From a virus: DNA of 64,000 bases. The notes under the pieces are model-generated. The model searched no databases and was not told where the DNA came from. It saw only the letters and a program-made list of their open reading frames with translations. Positions within the stretch are counted from its first letter, which is position 1, and every line of letters starts with the position of its first letter. The DNA is taken from positions 1 through 64,000 of IMG/VR virus record IMGVR_UViG_3300005613_000009; one strand, written 5' to 3'. Position numbers and translations under genes: made by a program. Shown here one piece after another: positions 23,501 through 29,207 of this stretch.

Positions 23501-23664
23501 TCTTTTATTCTTTCAAAACCTTTTTTATCTTTAAAGTCAAATTTTATTTTATCAAACCCTGTTTGAATTTTTTTAACAACACCTATTGCCTTAGTTGAAA
23601 GCTTTTCTAGGTTTTCCGAGGCATCTTTTGTTTCTATAGTAATATTTAAATGTCCATCAGCCAT
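11545..23664 (-). CDS. Tape measure protein, 4039 aa
   Basis: Follows the tail chaperone pair; long helical sequence; C-terminal FAEGGITSGP...ELHGTEAVIPL motif typical of TMPs. Confidence 0.92.
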   Translation of the reverse strand: MADGHLNITIETKDASENLEKLSTKAIGVVKKIQTGFDKIKFDFKDKKGFERIKEELKEVLEASQQLMGGFQKLRQVESNAVKAGLLPEYNKKIGKSYIYATEQLKAFEKAYTRLSKMSLTKQQQLSLELKAIATEAERATNAWNKFFNSFIRKVQVATRQVEELKRAQKTLLLPQKSLSVSDMVLIPEKAQSQQLEKTRNAIANIVEQEKAWTSSAKNRIVSLNNANKIEEKELITLKNLHRTKKESQALSKEEWTQSLKNASAINREADQWQNFNKIYSKMSTNRQRTTKETIVDTQKMVNAWTTAGQKRITVLTNTNRAEKKHLVSNREYLKQLAEGANKISKQSNAWDSFSSSFSKMSAKHRQGLEQVNSNTQEMISLDKKRILSLNDLNKIEEKGLIQTKNLHRVQKEGTSICTKLQAEEKNRIALLKQNYTQLGKLSNQTKSYKTFVHQLVEKQMSSNKVMQESVSVNKFAEAGRIELSRGITRLTKQLENGTISQKEYDSTMGQIVQRQKELDTASDKVTKRLNAQTKAEKETVHAHQSNSDKVNKLIKQYDQGNISLKKFTEQMRKYGAENIADKETVKKWEKHGQLIRIATAEMDKFGYSYKKMGKFSKAAFGLNTKEAEDFTRHLKNHQKNIKNMEGAYGRLHGQIIKANKAQQLFNNTFAKISVYMSGFAATIFVFQYLARWASQIVTHFMGWARSLDNLQQHFDLTVKEIKALGEVSRIFGRTTTISAQEAVKALRNYMKAGQSAAEAVESLQEKWEKSESHDKIKSLDDALKMLKNTIGDMNLEFFETYNEQIIEAIEKFKWWVKENEDGLLAIGKSFAELIEKISKVVLFFSDLQEYAKVGKEKTSFLGYLNGIPGLEAFHTILGYILSDHKEINIEIEKELAKQKEALNLENQIKALEATRIRNLGVMIKYSGDEFVVRYQALKKFTNNWVSFHEDLKKANLELYNAYLSHAKSTFAQIYDLRVTSEQKIQDKISSIYNNNEKQILKSQIDKIKKSYIDRLDLVEKYSKSYLLILKRMYKEIEKETKKIDVYKWYELLPEKEQNLPEIKRLKKIEDYTQQVTQEFLKLWGKAYDLDSEAAKKYIKFKVDLWKKEYDDTVKLLEVGMSAEDKAVNKLILEFDKAMKELDKKKLKDAEKFTADKKKLMEKGITSEHKAVYALELAFIAAMKVLDKKKLEDVEKFTADKKKLMEKGITSEYEAIYALELAFTAAMKALDKKKLEDREKFTANKKKLIEKGITSENEAVYALELAFITAMKELDKKKLKDAEKFTADKKKLMEKGITSEYEAVYELELAFIAAMKALDKKKLKDVEKFTADKKKLMEKGITSEHEAIYALELAFIAAMKALDKKKLEDREKFLADRKKLTETGIMAEYKAVYALELVFMAAMKALDKKKLEDREKFITDKKKLIEKGITSEDEAIYALELAFIAAMKELDKKKLEDSEKFIADKKELMEKGITSEYEAIYALELAFTAAMKKLDKKKADSGKKYRNDKLQAMKSLYSDLSKVSGDYYALQKEIIANEYEKYKEALGLKLKANQQYNEQQKKDLALLNEWLAQEQLKIDQDTWKKSGGLFGGVAAYLSEMKNDFKHFYEDIGQLGYESFEMIGDAFEETVVKVLKGDFDDIGDLWNEMLEEMLDDLIKTVAKMIKEWAMMELGNIVFDNESGLLSGLITTASKAAADIAVEQAITKVATDELGTLTLEGISTLSTISGGATAAEGAGLTTGALLAEIMPPLAIAMAVLFTHMKFSESQANHPSELITRSSMKVPEYSSPEYDPNALFEIMLNDLYTINGGWNPADVQNLLAGQIGKQIQAVTDTYNGIFRNISKKSQAELRETFADFDELRLLMSKTANDGARLYSTAALGKFAPNPFDSLNYQSATVPTNQYSTKMVDSFGVKEFDTALQAISKIIGKYFEKYVEEAVSGLKGHDMFEFMTDEIQDAINNADLESFINDIDAFGEAFGENSEKMRKAKIIWDDFNRFIYGEDAVDYTQLEKVTATAQAQLDSFVEKMKEFGKEMTDEEIADKLKSITKDLSEGIDLDELTSPMTTLDKLIASINGQFDAYLEMLEEQGVDLSKITDLEEKRNDAIERQINEFVDFLFETITKTLNSLLNKTSSLEDQLVKVFEAFDEIFKEAGQFTYAKISELLPEAGLDYEGMPKGFEIKDWIGDPSETSEWHTAWKKLKASLKEVSDEAKELNGILEDLASGKTDSAIEHFQNILDALLKPKGNELDFDLLKADMSHQFANDITQINKQIAGLRRDEYGYLIYELKGVGDAASGLAYRLEEFVSEVTDMSNEELVTALGNITGAVETYREKINKTLSGATSKWNLTNEDVAYLNSILTWLDTFEGNITIFEDRLSDLMQSTGSEEEIQRVRDIMADIGVGDFEEAIRYLNDELRDLEDSGTGTAAEIAKLRKEIADMEAATEAFNAMERKQLEVLKAQMGLFGDDYGKNLRIDEISDRYKDAMEHWGLTLEDLPDAFKTMDLDELKAYAKSLGLDWQDVVGDIAFLIEYFEDLADQAQRIEDAKDKIRGIDDNTPDWQKSINKIESRYGLTKGSIDEDYWDQIKAGFLDMDEDELQKMADDFGVSIDQLIADILALSDAFDAADAEAQAFIDAQDKIRGTYDDSPEWQKSINKIEDRYGLTRGSIDEDYWDQIKKGFLNMSQDDLQKMADDFDVPLTQLINDILALSDAFDEAAAETESIIDAQNELLGMGDSWQEKIASMERKLGFQPGDISLDDIANIKEKFLESDTDEVKAWAKSLGMTVDELIAAIFELTDAFDQAGAEINMIRQAQWDLSGKSGWQHELALLEEQLNLEPGDLNMDSFKDIIDRFNESPESVQAWADELNMSVTDLIGYINSIADAFEAKNVEMAAFEEAQWQLSGTEKEGKIARLEDKYGLERGGLSEDWVRALVEQFISDDYDTMLENANRWGVTVSEISEDVLWLADAFEIAGQELETSAEQIRANLEKIREQFDLAAFEKAGGTQAEYTWQKIMDIQGDPNVPSMMLPGDLLEMSELLDVWVQERIAEETSVLQLWQQVADRITSLVDSIDSTIQSIKYSNLNVNLPRSKFEEARSDYATLYAAAQAGDATAIEKFISFASTYLEQAQAEFKSSQAYQDIYAGVMSDLEEMRTALKAGDYDQLIYDELSGIHDDLVLNLDAIESQFETVAQWIEARLAALEQVADPPPIPPPDPDPPEPPEDLDTDIIRAIEHLNEDLMEVMQSLLDYTNDMVGLLIGVEENAWRLNKFLGADYVNWEKLSEAWDFINPTSSAGTDAVEGNGDLMEAMRSLLDYTSDIVGLLIGIEENIWRLNEFLGADYVNWDKLSEAWTFINPTASNGPDAIEGAGGFTFDNDGALEVSGTFGGDFTFDNDGYLKVTLPDGAYDELGMGFGSATPNMRDPISVYGLGLEWLDVSSEVWERNLKELGITGLLSGVLTYVTHLSGIERLNATSVGLLLGILQNTAVLAGYIAGQYQDIGSTAGYFNYPDISDYINSDTWITDTNNFKEDIDGLIETLKFDDSGALEVSGDLTVNFPTELDVNIASSDITLDVNIESSDITFETTTAEDAQELKLWWNIAGLLIGIEENIWRLTDFLGSDYVDFAELSRSWGGFEVPEGYEDINAITGARQFENTTFSNMNNMWLSSGSPYTKTMEQLGPEGLLAGILAFSRHLSGIEDKLGTGDGSTGAYLSSFEFEDHALKTTASVSVDMDETNDILEDIETNTQGADDNTNTLKNGFLDKIQFKDAALKVYVTGGSLDASVNTFGPGDFDLDRLGSTAYYTGLGEKWKDETSNLYNTPIGTLGVLGLLSGILTYVTHLRAIEENTNDLTNLDKLTGENIQGSWYGNNTTDVLMGIANRRDSWSVFGNRYKEDEYDRRIGINTLGVMGWLAIIAAHSQNIDDNTFNLNKKMDITGYKDAEYRLPEFAEGGITSGPLSGYPVELHGTEAVIPLSGGAIPVKFVNDAPAPQQLSDRPIYITLEIDGKPLDAKIKKISDEVRVTVERRPNNNKGRKVYP
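11900..13950 (-). repeat. C-terminal TMP repeats
   Basis: LIG(V/I)EEN(A/I)WRL..FLG.DYV x3, the first two 198 bp apart (CAATTAACATAATC at 13631 and 13829); GLL(S/A)G(V/I)L...HL x3; F.FD.DG.L.V motifs. Boundaries approximate. Confidence 0.8.
14750..16270 (-). repeat. About six degenerate acidic helical repeats (~85-90 aa) in TMP
   Basis: Units ending YFED, AFDA, AFDE, AFDQ, AFEA, AFEI. The two closest copies are 270 bp apart (TGGTCCCAAT at 15641 and 15911). Confidence 0.85.
19178..20270 (-). repeat. 132-bp (44-aa) tandem repeat, about 8 copies, in TMP
   Basis: TTATCC anchor at 19178, 19310, 19442, 19574, 19706, 19838, 19970, 20102, 20234; unit resembles ADKKKLMEKGITSEHEAIYALELAFIAAMKALDKKKLEDREKFT. 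Confidence 0.97.
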
Positions 23665-23694
23665 TTTTTATCTACCATTTGCCCCGTGAAAAGT

Positions 23695-24114
23695 TTATTT
23701 AACCGGCCTTTTTGGAGGCCGTACACCATTTGTCTTTGGCTTATCCTTTTCAGATTCTTTTTTCTGTTTGTCGTGTTGAAGCTTTACAAAATGTTCATCA
23801 ATGAACTGGATCCAGTGGATATATTCCTTGCGTTCTTCATAATTAAATATAAGTTCCTCGTTTAGATAACAGACTATTTCCGAAAAACTGATATAACCAA
23901 TCCCGAACCCCGTTGCCCTTGAATTAGAAAGGGTATGAAATGCTACATAATATGGAACAACATCTTGGAAAAGTTCTGGTTTATCTTGTAAAGCAGGCAA
24001 CAATGTAGCTGTTCTTCCACGTTTTGCTGCCTGCTCATCTCTTTCCTCCTGGAGCTTTAGAAACCATTCGTATTTATCCCCGTATCTATTTTGCCACTCC
24101 AGGAAATCAATTAG
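23695..24114 (-). CDS. Tail assembly chaperone, -1 frame extension (lambda gpT-like)
   Basis: The frame of ORF 23695..24003 stays open upstream to the slippery site (LIDFLEWQNRYGDKYEWF...) and is -1 relative to 24111..24509. Confidence 0.8.
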   Translation of the reverse strand, partial: LIDFLEWQNRYGDKYEWFLKLQEERDEQAAKRGRTATLLPALQDKPELFQDVVPYYVAFHTLSNSRATGFGIGYISFSEIVCYLNEELIFNYEERKEYIHWIQFIDEHFVKLQHDKQKKESEKDKPKTNGVRPPKRPVK

Positions 24115-24509
24115 TTTTTTTCAGTTTCCTTGTCTTCTTCAGCCCTGAATGATTCCATATCATTCGCAAAATCGCTTACATCATCACGGAAGTCGCGGTA
24201 ATCTGTGAGCAATCGAACAGCATTTTCATAAGAATAAGGGACAGGTTTACCATCTTCCTCCAGTCCGGACCAATCCAACAGGATTGATTTTGCCATAGCT
24301 TTGATCAATAGTTTATCTGCGACTTCATCGTTAAGCGATCCACGTCTAAGAGCTTGTTTATGTGGTTTGGTAATCTTCCGAAATGCTTTTTGGTATTGGG
24401 GATTCCCGATCCTCGCTACTTTGACCTTGACTTTTTCTCCAATATCTTGCCAAACACCATCGATTTCCGCGTTCTTGTTTGTGCCAAACATCTTTCTAAT
24501 ATCACCCAT
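24111..24509 (-). CDS. Tail assembly chaperone (lambda gpG-like)
   Basis: 132 aa between tail tube and TMP; ARIGNPQY, LLDWSGL, PYSYENA motifs; SD AAGGAG. Confidence 0.85.
   Translation of the reverse strand: MGDIRKMFGTNKNAEIDGVWQDIGEKVKVKVARIGNPQYQKAFRKITKPHKQALRRGSLNDEVADKLLIKAMAKSILLDWSGLEEDGKPVPYSYENAVRLLTDYRDFRDDVSDFANDMESFRAEEDKETEKN
24114..24120 (-). other. Programmed -1 ribosomal frameshift heptamer A AAA AAC
   Basis: mRNA GAA AAA AAC TAA at the end of the chaperone gene; XXXYYYZ pattern in the canonical G/GT position. Confidence 0.8.
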
Positions 24510-24550
24510 TTTTTTCTCCTTTTCAGTAATGCTTTAAAAAAGCGATTTAT

Positions 24551-24660
24551 GTTAGCCCCGTTCTTGCGGGTTGGACTGTGGATCAGAATGACGGGGGAAC
24601 ATTTTGATCCAAGCTAACAGGATTTTGAAAATCACAGAGGGAACCTGTTGTCCAACCCGC
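24551..24660. ncRNA. Candidate structured RNA (three-way junction, possible pseudoknot)
   Basis: 11-bp outer stem GCGGGTTGGAC (24566-76) / GTCCAACCCGC (24650-60) encloses two stems, GGATCAGAATG/CATTTTGATCC and AACAGG/CCTGTT. No family recognised. Confidence 0.45.
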
Positions 24661-24676
24661 GGATTTATTCTCTTTC

Positions 24677-24727
24677 AAAAAAAAAGGCCGAACAAAGCGA
24701 CAATTATCCATCGCATTGATCGGCCTT
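24677..24727 (-). terminator. Intrinsic terminator after the tail tube gene
   Basis: mRNA AAGGCCGA.CAA.GCGA-loop-TCGC.TTG.TCGGCC followed by U9. Confidence 0.8.
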
Positions 24728-24737
24728 CATGAGGCTC
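24722..24737 (-). promoter_or_regulatory. Leader hairpin box copy 2 (GAGCCT-CATGA-AGGCC), overlapping the terminator 5' arm
   Basis: Sequence match to the boxes at 26001-26018 and 34199-34216. Confidence 0.55.
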
Positions 24738-24793
24738 TATGGCCCTACTATTTATGGCCTTATTTAATTGTCAAATAAGCTACAGGTTATTGT

Positions 24794-25975
24794 TTATGCT
24801 GAAAACTTATCGATTTGTATCTGGCAATCAGTGTTTGTATCTCGTTTTGCTCGCCATCCGATATTTTCCATAACATCAGAATTTTGGCCACCTGCATTTA
24901 TAGCATCAGTTTCAATTTCTATTGCAGGAAAAGTATAGACATAACAATTTCCGAGTGAGTCCTCAACAGCAAAGCTAAGCCCGGTTGCAGTTCCAGCAAG
25001 GTATTTATCATACAATGTTGAATCCAGAAAGTAAACATTCATCGTTCCTGTAATTTCGCATGTACCTACACCGATATCCACGTTAGCGATTGAACCAATG
25101 GCTCTTAGCCCACGAACATTATTGTTCAACGAGAATGAAAGTTCAGAGATGTATAAATCCGTATCCTTCGTTGCCAATGACGAAAATGCACCTTCGAATA
25201 TTTCGCCAACATTGCTTGAAGCATTCATAACAGGATTGGAACCAGCAGCATTGTTAGCACCGGATCCACCAGTTGATTGTGCAAGTGTTGCACTTTTTCC
25301 AATAAAATCAAAACTGCCTGTTAAAACACTGTCCGCGGAAGCGGAAATATTCAATGTATTGACGACCATACCTGTGTAATCAAAGAATTGGACGGCATCA
25401 GAATGTTCGCGTTCAAATGTAAAACTTGATTCTGTAACACCATTCCGTATGTAAGATCCTGCAATTACAATAGTCTGAGTTCCAGTGGCTTCCGTAGTAG
25501 GTGGCGATGGCGCTACGGATAGACCGGTTGTAGCTGTAGATGTAATCCTGTAAAGCCGGTTGTTTCCGGAATTTGTGGCTCCTGACACAGAAATCCATTG
25601 ACCAGTTACAAGAGCTGAAAAATTTGTGCTGTTTTCAGCATAAATTCTTCCGGAAGTATTATTGAATCCAATTTCACCACTTCTTGAAATTGTAGATGCT
25701 GTAGACCAACCGCTTGACCATAAAGCCGCTGCAAGCAATGTATCATACTCACTGTATGATAATTCAAAATCAAACCCACCGGAACAACTTGCACCAGTTT
25801 GAATAATGTCTGTAACCTGACGATCATTTCTGATCTCTTCACTTTGTGTATTGGTTATATTGTAAGCAAATGATTCACCTTTGAATCGTAGTTCTGTTAA
25901 TGCAGAAGATGGAGTTTCACCCCAAGTTGTTTCTGCAAGATACGCTAAACCTGTTCTATTTGTATCAGTTGCCAT
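24794..25975 (-). CDS. Major tail tube protein
   Basis: 393 aa; LAYLAETTWGETP, SEEIRNDRQV, GGFDFELS and ITGTMNVYF motifs of phage tube proteins; strong SD CAGGAGG. Confidence 0.88.
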   Translation of the reverse strand: MATDTNRTGLAYLAETTWGETPSSALTELRFKGESFAYNITNTQSEEIRNDRQVTDIIQTGASCSGGFDFELSYSEYDTLLAAALWSSGWSTASTISRSGEIGFNNTSGRIYAENSTNFSALVTGQWISVSGATNSGNNRLYRITSTATTGLSVAPSPPTTEATGTQTIVIAGSYIRNGVTESSFTFEREHSDAVQFFDYTGMVVNTLNISASADSVLTGSFDFIGKSATLAQSTGGSGANNAAGSNPVMNASSNVGEIFEGAFSSLATKDTDLYISELSFSLNNNVRGLRAIGSIANVDIGVGTCEITGTMNVYFLDSTLYDKYLAGTATGLSFAVEDSLGNCYVYTFPAIEIETDAINAGGQNSDVMENIGWRAKRDTNTDCQIQIDKFSA

Positions 25976-26000
25976 TTGTTGTTCCTCCTGTTAATATTTT

Positions 26001-26018
26001 GGTCTTCACAGGAGACTC
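26001..26018 (-). promoter_or_regulatory. Leader hairpin box copy 3 (GAGTCT-CCTGTGA-AGACC), anti-SD for tail tube
   Basis: Compensatory GTCT/AGAC versus GCCT/AGGC; CTCCTGT is complementary to the SD region ACAGGAG (25985-25991). Confidence 0.6.
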
Positions 26019-26062
26019 ATAGATTAAAAATATAAAATCGAAAGTACTCGTTTTGCGCAAAC

Positions 26063-26476
26063 TTAAAAATATTCATCATATGTGTAGGGAATAATAACAA
26101 TATGCCTAAACCATTCTCCTTCCCTCATTTGGTTCTCTAAATATCCTGCTTGACAAGTTAACCCGTTTGATTGCCAGCCTTGTCCTTTTGAATTCTTAAA
26201 TATTCCAATTGCTGTATCAGCTAAATCATCGCCAACTTTTGCGCCAGTATCGATTGTAGAAGTCATGATATTAATTTCAACAAAACCAATTGATCTAACT
26301 AATGGATGATTGCCCATAGATGCATAACTGGAATCATTAGGGGTAATCTTAAAAGTTACAAAACTTGTTCCAGATACAGGTTCATAATCGACATTTTCCC
26401 ACACAATAGGAGTCCTGGATGCCCATTGATCATTAAATCTTACTTCAAGAAGTGTTCGAATTGCTGATACTGTCAT
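26063..26476 (-). CDS. Tail terminator protein
   Basis: 137 aa directly upstream of the tube gene; TPIVWENVDYEP motif. Confidence 0.75.
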   Translation of the reverse strand: MTVSAIRTLLEVRFNDQWASRTPIVWENVDYEPVSGTSFVTFKITPNDSSYASMGNHPLVRSIGFVEINIMTSTIDTGAKVGDDLADTAIGIFKNSKGQGWQSNGLTCQAGYLENQMREGEWFRHIVIIPYTYDEYF

Positions 26477-26985
26477 AGCCTGTTTTCTCTGTATTTACGT
26501 TGTGCCCTTCGTACAATTGAAGGTAAATACCGACTGAAATACTGCTTTGTTCTTGTAAATGGATAATACCCTTCAGCCCTTGGCCAACCTGTCCCCCATT
26601 CCACATTGAAATTATGAGGCACTTCATTTGTTATAACAAATTTATCATGGACTTTGGCCTGTGATAATTTTGCCTTTAATTGTTTAAGATGAGCTGTACG
26701 TCGTGCATAATTAATCTTTTTACGGTGCATCTTAGAAACAATCGTATAAGGTTCTCTGCTTGGACCATTTATTCCTAACCGGTGACTAAGCATGTACGAC
26801 CCCAAACTATAATCTGGCCGTTTTGATCGACCTTTTGGCTTTCTGTCAGGAGCTGGTGAACAATCTGTTAAATACCTGAAAACACTTGTTGTTACAAATT
26901 TCGAGACAAAAAGAACTTCTTCACCAACCTCTTTTTTAAACTTATCGATTGCAATCTCAAAATCTCTTATGTTTGAAGTTGTCAT
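26473..26985 (-). CDS. Tail completion / neck protein (HK97 gp10-like position)
   Basis: 170 aa, basic; ITNEVPHNFNVEWG motif; synteny. Confidence 0.6.
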   Translation of the reverse strand: MTTSNIRDFEIAIDKFKKEVGEEVLFVSKFVTTSVFRYLTDCSPAPDRKPKGRSKRPDYSLGSYMLSHRLGINGPSREPYTIVSKMHRKKINYARRTAHLKQLKAKLSQAKVHDKFVITNEVPHNFNVEWGTGWPRAEGYYPFTRTKQYFSRYLPSIVRRAQRKYRENRL

Positions 26986-27149
26986 GTTACATCAACTATC
27001 CCTGTTTTCATGTTTTTGCGTTCAACAATCTTTCGACTTGTGAATTTATTGATTTTTGCGCACCTGGGACATTTGATAACGATTTGCCCTGGATCTCCTA
27101 CACCCAACAACTTATTGCAGTTGTAACAACGATTTTGCTGGTTTAGCAT
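26982..27149 (-). CDS. Com-like zinc-finger protein
   Basis: RCYNCNKLLG...IVIKCPRCAKIN matches the Mu Com pattern. Start moved from 27185 to 27149 (AAGGA SD just after the upstream stop). Confidence 0.7.
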   Translation of the reverse strand: MLNQQNRCYNCNKLLGVGDPGQIVIKCPRCAKINKFTSRKIVERKNMKTGIVDVT

Positions 27150-27157
27150 AGAATCCT

Positions 27158-27523
27158 TTATGGTTTTCTTGTTTGTAATATCCATAACGCATTAGCCGGA
27201 TCAACTTTTTTATTTACAACATTCCATCGTTTACTATCAGCTTCCATGTAATCATGGTTAGACGGTATTATTGGCAGATTTTCAACAGGGATCATTGCAA
27301 TTTGATCTGTATTTAATATCGTAACGCCATCCACATCTTCAGATTCGTATTCATCGAAAATAACTGAAACGGTATAATTTGTAGCTGATGTTGAAACAGC
27401 ACCCGTTGCAGGGTTATAACTTGCATTTGCAGTAACATGCGTATAGGTTACCGATGTTTTGATATTTCCGGAAACCTCGAATGCCATTTGCGCTGCAGCT
27501 TTAAAAACTTCCTGAAGACCCAT
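27158..27523 (-). CDS. Head-tail joining (stopper) protein
   Basis: 121 aa; SYNPATG...; DPANALWILQTRK; synteny. Confidence 0.7.
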   Translation of the reverse strand: MGLQEVFKAAAQMAFEVSGNIKTSVTYTHVTANASYNPATGAVSTSATNYTVSVIFDEYESEDVDGVTILNTDQIAMIPVENLPIIPSNHDYMEADSKRWNVVNKKVDPANALWILQTRKP

Positions 27524-27528
27524 ATGAA

Positions 27529-27768
27529 TTATTCCTGATGATCTTTCTTGCTAAAAAAACTATATTTAGATTTTTCGATCGGCTCTTCCGGATCATTTTC
27601 AATCGAGTTCTCTTCTTCAATTTCAGGAGCTTCAACTGTATCTGAAACCTCAAATGTCGTAGTTTGAATATACGGTGTGTAAGATGCCTTTCCAGTTTTT
27701 ACTAATTTCTGGCCTTCAACCGCAGTTACTTTCTTGTAAGATCCATCTTCAAAATATACGGTAATCAT
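27529..27768 (-). CDS. Hypothetical protein with acidic C-terminus
   Basis: 79 aa, SD AAGGAG, in operon. Confidence 0.6.
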   Translation of the reverse strand: MITVYFEDGSYKKVTAVEGQKLVKTGKASYTPYIQTTTFEVSDTVEAPEIEEENSIENDPEEPIEKSKYSFFSKKDHQE

Positions 27769-27785
27769 TTGGTTCTCCTTCCTAA

Positions 27786-28310
27786 TTAAATTCTTTCTAG
27801 ATTTCTAGTTCGTGCATAACTTCGGGTCCCATAATCTTTGATCATTGCCCATACTGATAACGGCATCACTGGCCGTCTATCTTGTTTGTCTACCTCAAAG
27901 CTTAATGATGCAACTTTAAGTTTTTTGAATCCATATGTATCAAAATCAGATGTTCTGTCTTCAGAAAGTAGATATATAGCGTATTCAGATGTGGCCCTGA
28001 CTAAAAACTTTGGGATTAAATCTTCATCTATCTCATTTCCATCAGAATCATATATGTTTTCCCTTGGCCATCGCAAGGCCTGGTTTTCAGGACCAATACC
28101 TGTTGGATCTGATTTTGAACCATTCCAGTCCATTTGATCGTCTAACAACCTGGTTGCCCATACAAGACATGCATTTCTGTTTGCAGTTGTCGCAGAAGAC
28201 CATGTTGAATAAGTATGAATATTCTGTTCAAGAAACTCACTAGCTGAAGCTAACGTAGCATAACTGTTAGACGTTGCAGCACCTGGTGTTGTTATTAAAG
28301 TTATTGCCAT
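27786..28310 (-). CDS. Head-tail adaptor (DnaT-like ssDNA-binding family)
   Basis: GAATSNSYATLASA, QALRWPR and IPKFLVRATSEYA motifs; synteny. Confidence 0.75.
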   Translation of the reverse strand: MAITLITTPGAATSNSYATLASASEFLEQNIHTYSTWSSATTANRNACLVWATRLLDDQMDWNGSKSDPTGIGPENQALRWPRENIYDSDGNEIDEDLIPKFLVRATSEYAIYLLSEDRTSDFDTYGFKKLKVASLSFEVDKQDRRPVMPLSVWAMIKDYGTRSYARTRNLERI

Positions 28311-28385
28311 TTCTAGAACCTTTTACAATTCTCTATCATTTTCAGACAAGTAACAGTTACCTCATCTTTGCTGTCAAAATCTACT

Positions 28386-29195
28386 TTAATATGTTGCAGT
28401 TGCAGTTTTGACATAATATTTGACCTGTAACCAAGATACCCCGATAAGCTGTCCATAATCATCTTCGGTGTCTGACACATCCCGGTTCAGTAAAAACCGC
28501 ACAGTTTCACCCGGCGCAAGGTCAGTAATTGTTATAACCGTCCAACCGGTTGACCACGCATCCCATTGGGCGTTTGCACCCGCATCCCCGTTCAGATCGT
28601 CTTCCTCTGTGACAACGGTGTCGCCTTCCGTGCAAGTTATTAGATCACCATCGCCATACGAGCATCCCGCAATCTGGAACGCCACTCCTTCATCAGCTGC
28701 CGGAGCGGTTAAGTTTGTTATTACACCCTTTACCCGTACTTTGATCTGATTAGCTGTGGCTTCATATAAATTTACAGGTACTTGCCACTCTATCAATACG
28801 TCCTCATCAGCATCAGAAGCGAACGTCCGATATTCGGTCTGGTCGTGGGCTGCTGCGGCGTCAGGTGCACTTGTTCCATTTTGTGCCCAACCTATGGGAA
28901 TGGAATCGATATCGACGTAATAAATTGTGGATAGTGAAGAAGATGAACCAGCACTCAAAGCACCAGTGACAGTAACCGTTGTTCCATCATCACTCATCAT
29001 TGAATTTTCAAACCCGCTTGCGCCCATTTTTGGGATATTATTATCGGTGACTCCCGTTAAATCAACAGTAACAAATCGCGGACTGCCGCCAGACTCGCTA
29101 TAATTCGAATATGGTCCATAGTCTTTAGCAAACGAAAATCCAGCCATTAAAAAGTATGTTAATAATCCTATGCCAAATACTTTTAATACCTTCAT
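28386..29195 (-). CDS. Signal-peptide protein with beta-sandwich C-terminal domain
   Basis: MKVLKVFGIGLLTYFLMAGFSFA-KD; shares a cassette with 1..756; the C-terminal part looks GC-richer. Confidence 0.7.
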   Translation of the reverse strand: MKVLKVFGIGLLTYFLMAGFSFAKDYGPYSNYSESGGSPRFVTVDLTGVTDNNIPKMGASGFENSMMSDDGTTVTVTGALSAGSSSSLSTIYYVDIDSIPIGWAQNGTSAPDAAAAHDQTEYRTFASDADEDVLIEWQVPVNLYEATANQIKVRVKGVITNLTAPAADEGVAFQIAGCSYGDGDLITCTEGDTVVTEEDDLNGDAGANAQWDAWSTGWTVITITDLAPGETVRFLLNRDVSDTEDDYGQLIGVSWLQVKYYVKTATATY

Positions 29196-29207
29196 GCTAC
29201 TCTCTCC

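Noticed and set aside
119-23865. Many short plus-strand ORFs (for example 5443..5757, 16322..16819, 18380..18820)
   Set aside because: They are antisense shadows of the fibre, hub and TMP genes, with no RBS and composition explained by the opposite-strand codons.
24551-24737. Known riboswitch or ribozyme (c-di-GMP, hammerhead)
   Set aside because: Diagnostic cores were not found. Kept only as an unclassified structured element.
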